Below, piece by piece: positions 33,996 to 42,200 of a stretch of 64,000 bases of DNA. Source of the DNA: Candidatus Saccharimonadales bacterium. Lineage in GTDB: Bacteria > Patescibacteriota > Saccharimonadia > Saccharimonadales > UBA7683. A model generated the notes under the pieces. The model worked only from the letters and a program-made list of their open reading frames with translations. It made no database searches and was not told where the DNA came from. The stretch spans positions 85,204 to 149,203 of the forward strand of contig JAXMAA010000002.1 of the NCBI GenBank assembly GCA_046350615.1. Reading direction: 5' to 3'. Numbering within the stretch: the stretch's first letter is position 1; each line of letters starts with the position of its first letter. A program made the position numbers and the translations under genes.

Positions 33996-35513
33996 TTATA
34001 TATCTCGCAGAACAGTTATGTGGGCGCCGAGGGAGTTGAGGCGCTCGGCGAAGTCTTCGTAGCCCCGGGTGATAGAGTAGATGTTTCTGAGAATGCTGGT
34101 GCCAGGAGCGGCGAGCATGGTGATGAGAATGATGACTGCGGGCCTTAGGGCTGCTGGGGCGTTGATGTCGGCTGGCTCAAATTTGCTTGGGCCACTGATA
34201 TAGGCACGGTGAGGATCTGCAAGGCGAACATCTACCCCGAGTTTTCGTAGTTCGGTTAAATAAATTGCCCGATCCTCGTAGCTCCAGTCATGAATAAGTG
34301 TGGTACCTCTGGATCTTGCTACAATTGGAGCGAAGAAGGGGAGGTTATCCATATTGATACCCGGGTGGGTCAGTGCGTGGATTTTATCTTCAGGAGCTTT
34401 TAAGCTATCTGCCTCAAGGTTGGTGATATCTACTAAGAGGGTGCGTTTATTTTCTGCCACGTAAGGTTTGCTAATACGGAATTTACAACCCATTCTTTCA
34501 AGCCGAAGCAATTCTACTCGCAGAAAATCGATAGGGCAGCGTCGAATGGTGAGGTGCGAGTTGGTGGTGATGGCAGCTGCAAGAAAACTAAAGGCTTCAA
34601 TCGGGTCCTCGCTTGGGGCGTAGGTAATATCTTTATCTATATCTTTCACACCGTGAACAATGAGTGTATTTGTGCCAATACCTTCAATTTTGACGCCGCA
34701 AACTTCTAAAAAGAAACACATATCTTGCACCATGTAATTACTGCTGATATTGCGAATGGTTGTGCTGCCTTCGGTAAGGGCGGCGGCCATAAGCACATTC
34801 TCGCTAACGGTATCACCCATTTCGTAGAGCGTTACTTCGCGTGCAGCCCGCTTTTTGATGGTAGCTTGGTAATAGTTATTCTTTGTGACTACTTGAACGC
34901 CAAATTCTTCTAAAGCATACAGATGCGGTGCGACAGTTCGTTTACCAAGCTTGCAGCCACCGGCATACGGTAGCCTGAATTCTTTATAGCGGTGCATGAG
35001 TGCCCCAAGGTACATAATAACGCTACGGGTACGGCGAGCAGCTTTCACATCCATCTTATCTAGAACCAGCTTTTTTGGTGGCCTAATCTCTAAATCACCA
35101 TTATCGTGCCAAGTGATCTTCACACCAATGCTTTGCAGGACTTCAAGTAAGCGAAAAACCTCTTCAATCTTCGGTGCCTTTTTAAGTGTCGTTGTACCTT
35201 TATTGAGCAGTGCTGCGCAGAGGAGGCCTACCGTAGCATTCTTGCTTACTTTAATATCAACTACACCGCGGAGCTTGTGACCACCTTCAATTTTCAGATT
35301 GAGCGAGTTACCGCCAAGCGAAATAAGTTCTTTATTAAGCACATCACTTATTCTAGCAAGCATTTCAAGGGTGACATTTTGTTTCCCAGCCTCTATTCGG
35401 TTAATAGCACTTTGAGAAGTACTCAGTTTATCTGCCAACTCCTTTTGAGTTAGACCGCGCTGGTTGCGAACTCGTGCGATCAATTCACCAATTTTTTGCT
35501 GATATTCTTGCAT
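33996..35513 (-). CDS. murA: UDP-N-acetylglucosamine 1-carboxyvinyltransferase (MurA) with an N-terminal XRE-type HTH domain
   Basis: 505 aa. Residues about 1-65 are GLTQKELADKLSTSQSAINRIEAGKQNVTLEML (HTH_3-like). The remainder is MurA-like, including the active-site loop YAGGCKLGKRTVAPH. Confidence 0.85.
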   Translation of the reverse strand: MQEYQQKIGELIARVRNQRGLTQKELADKLSTSQSAINRIEAGKQNVTLEMLARISDVLNKELISLGGNSLNLKIEGGHKLRGVVDIKVSKNATVGLLCAALLNKGTTTLKKAPKIEEVFRLLEVLQSIGVKITWHDNGDLEIRPPKKLVLDKMDVKAARRTRSVIMYLGALMHRYKEFRLPYAGGCKLGKRTVAPHLYALEEFGVQVVTKNNYYQATIKKRAAREVTLYEMGDTVSENVLMAAALTEGSTTIRNISSNYMVQDMCFFLEVCGVKIEGIGTNTLIVHGVKDIDKDITYAPSEDPIEAFSFLAAAITTNSHLTIRRCPIDFLRVELLRLERMGCKFRISKPYVAENKRTLLVDITNLEADSLKAPEDKIHALTHPGINMDNLPFFAPIVARSRGTTLIHDWSYEDRAIYLTELRKLGVDVRLADPHRAYISGPSKFEPADINAPAALRPAVIILITMLAAPGTSILRNIYSITRGYEDFAERLNSLGAHITVLRDI

Positions 35514-35551
35514 ATGTTACATCATAACATATCACATGTGATATACAATAC

Positions 35552-36016
35552 TTACACTGATCGGGCTTTTTCAAGAGCCTTCTGGGCATAAAAGAATGTA
35601 TGGTCACTGATATTATATTGAGGCTCGCGAAGTTCTTGGGTGGTGAACCACTTCAAGGCAGTATGCTCATCTGATTTTTGAAAGTCATCGCTAGTAGCAA
35701 TGACAAAATAAACAAAAGCATGATGTTTATGTGGTGGATTTGCCTCATGTATATCAACATAATCAGGAGTTATGAGTGGCTTTACCCCCTTAGATGTATA
35801 ATTTGGCTTTCCTCCGAGTGGGTGAAAACTTAATCCGGTTTCTTCAGCAATTTCTTTCGAGAGGGTTATATCCGCATCATCTTCAAGCTCAATGTGCACG
35901 CCAATTGGTATCCACATTTGGTAGCGTGGATGATTGGCGAGAAGCACCTTCTTTTTATCAGGATTGACAATAATAGCGGTGATTACAAAATCAATATGTT
36001 CATGAATATGCGCCAT
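35552..36016 (-). CDS. NUDIX hydrolase
   Basis: 154 aa with the Nudix box GVHIELEDDADITLSKEIAEETGL. Confidence 0.7.
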   Translation of the reverse strand: MAHIHEHIDFVITAIIVNPDKKKVLLANHPRYQMWIPIGVHIELEDDADITLSKEIAEETGLSFHPLGGKPNYTSKGVKPLITPDYVDIHEANPPHKHHAFVYFVIATSDDFQKSDEHTALKWFTTQELREPQYNISDHTFFYAQKALEKARSV

Positions 36017-36113
36017 AGCAAAAGTATAGCATGCTACAATAGCTGTATGATCTAACTACTTCCTCTTATTACAGATATGTGCGGCAGTAGTTAATGTAGT
36101 TTTAGGAGGAATT

Positions 36114-37392
36114 ATGGTAGTACAAAATGATGATGAAATTCGTGATTTAATTCAGGCTGAGCATGATCGGCAAACTTCGGGGTTAGAGATGATTCCAAGT
36201 GAAAATCACACATCAGCAAATGTTATGGCAGCACTTGGCTCGTGTTTGACCGACAAATACTCCGAGGGATATCCCGGTCAGCGCTATTACGGCGGGTGCG
36301 AATTTGTTGATAAGGTAGAAAATTTGGCTCGCGATAGGGCTAAGGCACTGTTTGGTGCTACGCATGCCAACGTTCAGGCGCATTCTGTTGTCCGGCTAAC
36401 CTGGTTGCATACTACGCATTGCTGGACACGAGCGATACCGTTATGGGCCTTGTCTGACACACGGCGGCCATATGACACACGGCTTGAAGCTGAACTTTTC
36501 CAGCACATTTTATAACAGTGTGCAGTATCACGCGCGCCCTGATGGTTACATTGATATTGATGAAATGTACAAATTGGCCAAAGAGCATAAGCCAAAGCTA
36601 ATTATTGGCGGCGGCAGCGCATACCCACGTTTTTACGAGTGGGAAAAATACAAAGAGGTGGCTGATAGCGTCGGGGCATACTTCTTGGCTGATATGAGCC
36701 ATGTGGCGGGCCTTGTGGCCGCTGGCGTGTACCCAACTCCAGTTGGCGTTGCTGATGTGGTAACTACAACAACACACAAGACTTTGCGTGGGCCGCGTGG
36801 TGCCCTTATTTTGGCCAACGGGCTGCCTTCTAACCCACTTAAGAAAGTTGAAAGAACTCGCGAGAACATTCCATCTTTGATTGATCGGGCACTAATTCCC
36901 GGCTTGCAAGGCGGGCCGCATAATCATCAGACTGCCGCTATTGCAGTAGCATTGAAAGAGGCCTCTACGCCTGAGTTTAAGGCGTATGGCGCTCAGGTGC
37001 TGACCAACGCTCAAATACTCGCAACAGCGTTGCTAGAAAAAGGCTATCAGCTTGTCACGGGTGGTACCGATAGTCATCTGTTATTGATAGATCTTACGAA
37101 TAAAAATATCAGTGGTAAGCAGGCTGAGGCGGCGCTAGGCAAAGCTGGTATAACCGTAAACAAAAACACAATACCATTTGATCCACGTTCACCGTTTGAC
37201 CCATCTGGAATTCGCCTTGGTACGCCAGCGCTCACTAGTCGTGGAATGAAGGATGCTGAGATGTCCCAGGTCGCTGGTTGGATAGATCAAGCCCTGACGC
37301 AGCACGAAGATGAAGCGCACCTTTCTAAGATACACCAGGCGATTACCGAATTTTGCAAGCAGTTCCCACTGCCGAGCGATGTGGGAAGATAA
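36114..37392 (+). pseudogene. glyA: serine hydroxymethyltransferase carrying two -1 frameshifts
   Basis: Frame 0 reads [11 protein letters not shown]...[18 protein letters not shown]...ANVQAHS. Near 36388 the SHMT sequence continues in another frame ([20 protein letters not shown]). Near 36455 it shifts again ([10 protein letters not shown]...TTTTHKTLRGPRG). Confidence 0.85.
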
Positions 37393-37430
37393 CGGATAGC
37401 AGCAAATAGATAGTCAGTAGACGTAAAAGC

Positions 37431-37538
37431 CGTCATCCCAACCGAAGTGGAGTGATCTAGTAAACCCCGGCAAATAGGCTGTATCTTTCTTCCTTCGCTG
37501 GAGCTACGGTGGACAGGTCGACTGCGCCCAAGATGACA
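37431..37538 (+). repeat. CGTCAyCC...AAGATGACA intergenic repeat, long copy
   Basis: It is homologous to 32022-32103, with an extra internal block (TCCTTCGCTGGAGCTACGGTGGACAGGTCG). Confidence 0.65.
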
Positions 37539-37592
37539 CCCCACACCCTACAGATAAGTTAATTTTTGATCGGGGTTGTTTATATTGGAATA

Positions 37593-38252
37593 CTAGGTAA
37601 GAAGTTGAATAATCATCTGCTGCGCCCCGCGAATGAACGGACTAATGAGCGGAAAGCCAACAAACATAAAAAGAAGAATGGCTGAAAAGCCCATTCGCTC
37701 AATCTGCATCATTACTTTCTGGATGGGTTCAGGGGCGAGTGCGTAAAGTATGCGTGAGCCATCAAGCGGCGGGAAGGGGATCATATTAAATACGAACAAA
37801 CCAATATTTAAGAGGATGCTATAGCTCAGAAAGCCGACTATATACGAGCCACTTACAATAATATTGCCATCAGCCAGAGCACTCAGTGCGGCTGGTTCGA
37901 TGATTCTTAAAATGCCGATAAAGATAATTGCAAGCAGTAAGTTAGTAAGCGGTCCGGCCAAGCCCACGAGTGCCATGCCAAACTCTTGAAATTTCAAACG
38001 GTACATATTAATAGGCACCGGTTTGGCAGCTGCAAAAGGTGGAAGACCAAAAAGCACTAATATCAAGGGTAGTGCAACTGTAGTAAGCGGGTCGATGTGC
38101 CTAAGTGGATTAAAGCTGATTCTGCCGTGTGCATGAGCGGTATCATCCCCAAGCCAAAAACCGGTAACCGCATGCATCATTTCATGAAGAGAGATCGCTA
38201 CAACAAGGGCTGGAATAGCGTACAAAAGAAGTGTCAAAGTATCGGATTGCAT
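37593..38252 (-). CDS. M50-family (site-2 protease-like) membrane metalloprotease
   Basis: 219 aa. It has the HExxH motif in SLHEMMHAV and multiple TM segments. Confidence 0.7.
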   Translation of the reverse strand: MQSDTLTLLLYAIPALVVAISLHEMMHAVTGFWLGDDTAHAHGRISFNPLRHIDPLTTVALPLILVLFGLPPFAAAKPVPINMYRLKFQEFGMALVGLAGPLTNLLLAIIFIGILRIIEPAALSALADGNIIVSGSYIVGFLSYSILLNIGLFVFNMIPFPPLDGSRILYALAPEPIQKVMMQIERMGFSAILLFMFVGFPLISPFIRGAQQMIIQLLT

Positions 38253-38259
38253 ATATCTC

Positions 38260-39345
38260 CTATTTTACACTATCAAATTGTCCAATAAACGTAACCTCAG
38301 GTTCAAGCACAATTGTAAGTTCTTCCTTCACACGCTGTATAATGCGTTGCGCAACGTTATAGATTTCTTGTGCTTTGGCGTTGCCGATATTCTCAATTTT
38401 CAATATATGGTCAGGATGCAACCGAACAGCACCCCAGGTTTGGCCTCTTTTGAAGCCAGCCGCTAACAAAACGTGGGCAGCAGAAGATCTACTTATACTC
38501 CCGCCATGAATTCTATTCTGTGCCAACAAACGTTCTAGCGATTTACCTGTTTCATCGTACTTTGCAATCTCTTCCGCTTGTGCTTGGGTAACCAACGGGT
38601 TTTTAAAGAATGAGCCAGCTGTGTGTTGGGCATTTGCGTCATTAGGGTCCCACAAAGAGCCTGCTTGGCGTCGTGCTTCAAGAATGATCAACCTCCGGTT
38701 ATTCAGGCTCTCTGTATCAAGGCCAAGCTTTTCAGCTGCTGATTGCGCGCTTGCATAGGCTAGGTGAGTAGTACTTTGCGGAGAGAGACGAAATGCAGCT
38801 CGCAGAATTACAATATTTGGCTGCTTATGTAGCGAGCTTGACCGGTAATTAAAGGTAATCTCGTCTGCTGATAGTTTCTGCACCCGTGTGGTGTCACGAT
38901 TAAATACTTCGATCCAAGCTAATGTGTCGCTGACTTGTTGACCGTATGCAGCGATATTCCCCATGACAGCACCGCCAACGCTACTCGGTATGCCACTCAT
39001 CAGTTCAATGCCCCAAAGATCCTTTTCGATTGAAAGTTGTACCAAATCACCCCACCAGGCTCCAGCATCAGCGACCAAGAGATCGTCTTGAAAAGAAATA
39101 TCACCACCGTGTGTAATGATAGTTGTGCCGGCTAAGCCGTAGTCTGAAATTAGCGAGTTAGTTCCATATCCTAACATGCTTAGAGGGCCACCTTTGGCTG
39201 TACGCAGTCCTTCAAGCAACTCTTCTGTGCTGGATGTGGTTATAAGTACTTCCGCCGGCCCTCCGCACCTAAGAGAAGTGAATGGTCCAAGTAGTGTGTT
39301 ATGTTGAACGTTCATATTAAATCTAGTATACCAGTCGTCATTCAT
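38260..39345 (-). CDS. murB: UDP-N-acetylenolpyruvoylglucosamine reductase MurB
   Basis: The start is taken at the ATG at 39345 (MNDDWY...) or possibly 39315. The track's longer ORF runs through a tRNA gene. Motifs are LRCGGPAE, GYGTNSLISD and a C-terminal MurB domain. Confidence 0.8.
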   Translation of the reverse strand: MNDDWYTRFNMNVQHNTLLGPFTSLRCGGPAEVLITTSSTEELLEGLRTAKGGPLSMLGYGTNSLISDYGLAGTTIITHGGDISFQDDLLVADAGAWWGDLVQLSIEKDLWGIELMSGIPSSVGGAVMGNIAAYGQQVSDTLAWIEVFNRDTTRVQKLSADEITFNYRSSSLHKQPNIVILRAAFRLSPQSTTHLAYASAQSAAEKLGLDTESLNNRRLIILEARRQAGSLWDPNDANAQHTAGSFFKNPLVTQAQAEEIAKYDETGKSLERLLAQNRIHGGSISRSSAAHVLLAAGFKRGQTWGAVRLHPDHILKIENIGNAKAQEIYNVAQRIIQRVKEELTIVLEPEVTFIGQFDSVK

Positions 39346-39366
39346 ATCTGTTATAATAACCGACGC

Positions 39367-39443
39367 GCACGCGTAGCTCAGTGGATTAGAGCATCTGTCT
39401 TCGGAACAGAGGGTCGTAGGTTCGAATCCTACCGCGTGTACCA
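39367..39443 (+). tRNA. tRNA-Arg(TCG)
   Basis: The cloverleaf is GCACGCG TA GCTC AGTGGATTA GAGC A TCTGT CTTCGGA ACAGA GGGTC GTAGG TTCGAAT CCTAC CGCGTGT A CCA. Confidence 0.9.
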
Positions 39444-39485
39444 TTGAAAACAGGGGTGATATTTGATATGATCGCCTTTGTATTC

Positions 39486-39562
39486 GGGCCAGTAGCTCAG
39501 CTGGTTAGAGCACCTGCCTCTTAAGCAGGGTGTCGAGGGTTCAAGTCCCTCCTGGCCCTCCA
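39486..39562 (+). tRNA. tRNA-Lys(CTT)
   Basis: The cloverleaf is GGGCCAG TA GCTC AGCTGGTTA GAGC A CCTGC CTCTTAA GCAGG GTGTC GAGGG TTCAAGT CCCTC CTGGCCC T CCA. Confidence 0.92.
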
Positions 39563-39647
39563 TTCTGAATAACAGATACAGTTTCAACCAAGTTAATGCT
39601 TCTCAATTTTGAGGGGCATTTTCAATCTGTTAAAAAGTTCTAGTCTC
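39553..39647 (+). repeat. cassette-array repeat R1 (starts inside the tRNA-Lys 3' end)
   Basis: The sequence is TGGCCCTCCATTCTGAATAACAGATAC...AATGCTTCTCAATTTTGAGGGGCATTTTCAATCTGTTAAAAAGTTCTAGTCTC. About nine in ten positions match R2 and R3 by manual alignment. Confidence 0.85.
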
Positions 39648-39655
39648 TGATGCTC

Positions 39656-39684
39656 TAAGCAAACTGTGTCGGCTTTGCTATAGT
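39656..39684 (+). promoter_or_regulatory. predicted promoter of cassette 1 (TAAGCA-17 nt-TGcTATAGT)
   Basis: The extended -10 ends 6 nt before the ATG at 39691. The same architecture recurs at 40697-40725 and 41517-41545. Confidence 0.5.
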
Positions 39685-39690
39685 AGAATC

Positions 39691-40569
39691 ATGAGTGAGC
39701 AAAATAACCAGATAGAATTAAGTAAGCCAACTATTGCAGAGCTACCGGTGACCGTACAGGCCTTATGTGACTGGCAACAAGACGGTGATATCGTACAGCT
39801 ACACCCAGGTGACTTGGGCTGGTACGGTAGGATGGGTACCGAAGACACAATTGAGGCTATTAGAACATGGAAGCGCAATGACCAGACGGTAGCAATCGGA
39901 CTGCTTGATGGTAGGGATTTGTTACGAATTGCAATAGACCCCACTGTGACTGAAGACCCAGCTCTTGCAGATAGAATGGCAGAAGATTCAACAAATCCTG
40001 AAAATGGAGTTCTTCCTGAAGGTGCAGCAACGGTTGAAGCTCGGTCAGGCAGCTTGCTAAAAGACAGGCTTATCGCCCATGGTTGGGAAAAGGGTGAGCC
40101 GTGGACTTCGTTAAAGCGTGACCTATCTGAACCGGTTGAAGATAGCGGGCTAAGAATAGAAGTTGTTACTTCTGACCAAACACAAGACCGTGTGGCCGTT
40201 CAGCAAGCCTCCTTTGATAATTCTACATTCACAGAAGAGAAATGGCACGCAATGGCAGCTGGATTGCCATACAAAGAAGCGAGATGTTTAGTAGGATACG
40301 ACGAGGATAATCCAGTGGCGATTGCAACAGTTTGGTCTGCTGGAGTAGGTAAGCCAGGGCTTATTGAGCCACTAGGAGTTGATAATAATCATCGTCGTAA
40401 AGGCTATGGCAGAGCAATAACTTTAGCTGCTGCAGGTGCGTTGCGGGAAATGGGCTCATCAAGCGCAACTGTTTGTACAGATAGTGTAAATGTTGGGGCA
40501 GTCGCTACTTACAAATCTGCAGGTTTTGAAGAGCTACCAGATATTGAAGATTTAACCCGTAGACGTTAA
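39691..40569 (+). CDS. two-domain GNAT family N-acetyltransferase
   Basis: 292 aa. The C-terminal acetyl-CoA motif is LGVDNNHRRKGYGRAITLAAAGAL. The N-terminal half is a degenerate GNAT-like domain. Confidence 0.7.
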   Translation: MSEQNNQIELSKPTIAELPVTVQALCDWQQDGDIVQLHPGDLGWYGRMGTEDTIEAIRTWKRNDQTVAIGLLDGRDLLRIAIDPTVTEDPALADRMAEDSTNPENGVLPEGAATVEARSGSLLKDRLIAHGWEKGEPWTSLKRDLSEPVEDSGLRIEVVTSDQTQDRVAVQQASFDNSTFTEEKWHAMAAGLPYKEARCLVGYDEDNPVAIATVWSAGVGKPGLIEPLGVDNNHRRKGYGRAITLAAAGALREMGSSSATVCTDSVNVGAVATYKSAGFEELPDIEDLTRRR

Positions 40570-40577
40570 CCTCGGCC

Positions 40578-40688
40578 GCTATAACGTCGACAATGGCCCT
40601 CCAATTTGAATAACAGATACAATTTTAGTCAAGTTAATGCTTCCCAATTTCGAGAAGCATTTTCAATCTGTTAAAAAGTTCTAGTCTC
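40578..40688 (+). repeat. cassette-array repeat R2
   Basis: It consists of GCTATAACGTCGACAATGGCCCTCCA followed by the AATTTGAATAACAGATAC...GTTCTAGTCTC module. Confidence 0.85.
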
Positions 40689-40732
40689 ACTTGCCCTAAG
40701 TAATTCCTGTGCATTTTGCTAAAATGTATTCA

Positions 40733-41395
40733 ATGAATAAAAACGCAGATGACCTAGCTCAAACTATCTGGGATTACATGTTAATGAACCAGTCTATAGA
40801 AAAGGCTGATATCATTATTGGTTTTGGAAGCCACGATAAGCGCACTGCAAAGTGGGTGGCACAACTTTACTTAGATGGCTATGCGCCAACTATATTATTC
40901 TGCGGAAATGAAGGTCATGGAAGAAAAATAAGCGGCTTTGATGGTATCCCTGAAGCGGAAACATATAAAGCTGAGGCTATAAGACTTGGCGTACCTGAGT
41001 CGGATATCAAGACTGAAAGCAAGTCCACTAATACAGGCGAGAACATACAGTTTGCCGCCCAGTTCATAGATGAGACTAAAATTGAAGTAAAAAAGGCCAT
41101 CATTGTTCACAAGCCCTACATGGAGCGTCGTACATACGCAACTATAAAAGCTCAGTGGCCTGCGCCACAGCCAGAATTTATTATGAGTTCTGTGCCTATT
41201 ACATACGAGGAATATATAACCGACCCATTATACCCAAGAGATTACATGATGAATGTCATGGTAGGAGATTTGCAGAGAATCATTGAATACCCCAAGCTGG
41301 GCTTTCAGGTAAGCCAACAAGTTCCCGATAATATCGTTGCTGCAATGAATGAGCTAATCAAACTTGGATACGATAAAAATCTGATTGAATCATAG
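40733..41395 (+). CDS. DUF218 (YdcF/ElyC-like) domain protein
   Basis: The start is chosen at the ATG at 40733, by analogy with the other cassettes. Motifs are DIIIGFGSHD, YAPTILFCG, EAETYKAEAIRLGVPESDI and ESKSTNTGENI. Confidence 0.6.
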   Translation: MNKNADDLAQTIWDYMLMNQSIEKADIIIGFGSHDKRTAKWVAQLYLDGYAPTILFCGNEGHGRKISGFDGIPEAETYKAEAIRLGVPESDIKTESKSTNTGENIQFAAQFIDETKIEVKKAIIVHKPYMERRTYATIKAQWPAPQPEFIMSSVPITYEEYITDPLYPRDYMMNVMVGDLQRIIEYPKLGFQVSQQVPDNIVAAMNELIKLGYDKNLIES

Positions 41396-41397
41396 AC

Positions 41398-41508
41398 GCT
41401 ATAACGTCGACAATGGACCTCCAATCTGAATAACAGATACGATTTCAGTCAAGTTAATGCTCTTCAATTTTGAGGGGCATTTTCAATCTGTAAAATAGTT
41501 CTAGTCTC
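41398..41508 (+). repeat. cassette-array repeat R3
   Basis: It consists of GCTATAACGTCGACAATGGACCTCCA followed by the AATCTGAATAACAGATAC...GTTCTAGTCTC module. Confidence 0.85.
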
Positions 41509-41552
41509 ACATGCTATAAGCAATTCGCCTCTGTTTTGATATTATGTAAATC

Positions 41553-42200
41553 ATGAAACTATATTTATCATAATACGGAATAGGTAATTATCCTGAAAAA
41601 CTCAAAGAGCTTGTAGGTAAGGAGGGTGCAAAGGTTGCGGTTAGCGTGAATGCTCTCGATTTCTCAATTGATTTGCCGAGAGTCGCTCAAAGACTGGAAG
41701 ACGAGATTAAGGGGCTTGCTGCACTTGGCTTTATGGCTGAGCAACTGGACTTGCGGAATTATTTTGATAACGGTAATCTAGCAGAAGTTCTAAAGAATTA
41801 TGACATGGTCTGGATTACGGGTGGAAATACGTTTATTTTAGCCAAGGCATTTAGGCAAAGTGGTTTTGACAAAGTTTTTGAAGACCTCGTTGCGTCTGGG
41901 CAACTTGTATATGGTGGATATAGTGCGGCATTTTGTGTATTAGCAAAATCACTTCACGGCATCGAGCTTGTCGATGATAAGGATGCGGAAGTTGAGAGTT
42001 ATGAGTCGGGCGAGGTTTGGGAGGGGCTGGGTGTCATAGATTTTCACCCTATAGTTCATTTCAGGTCTAATCATCATGAATCCGACGATGTTGAAAAAGA
42101 GTACGAATATGTCGTTAAAAATAAGATTCCTCACAAAACATTTAAGGACGGAGATGTTTATCTAGTAAATGGTGACCAGAAGACTGTGCTATCAGAGTAG
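41553..42200 (+). pseudogene. S51 peptidase (dipeptidase E-like) gene with an in-frame TAA at codon 7
   Basis: The ATG at 41553 reads MKLYLS, then TAA at 41571-41573, then continues in the same frame as YGIGNYPEKLKELVG... into the track ORF 41646-42200. That ORF contains ITGGNTF and GGYSAAF. Confidence 0.55.

Noticed and set aside
39346-39444. The N-terminal extension of the murB ORF (MVHAVGFEPTTLCSEDRCSNPLSY...).
   Set aside because: This stretch is the reverse complement of tRNA-Arg(TCG). GFEPTT is the usual translation of a tRNA T-arm.
40590-40602. The shared GTCGA immediately before TGGCCCTCCA in the cassette 26-mer and in tRNA-Lys (GTCGAGGG...), hinting that the 26-mer is a T-arm-deleted tRNA copy.
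   Set aside because: A 5-nt match is within chance expectation. Only the 10-nt TGGCCCTCCA identity is used as evidence.
21187-41573. The possibility that the in-frame TAA/TAG codons reflect stop-codon reassignment.
   Set aside because: TAA ends recA, TAG ends pilB and TGA ends recX and tpiA, in each case at the expected C-terminus. The window therefore uses the standard bacterial code.
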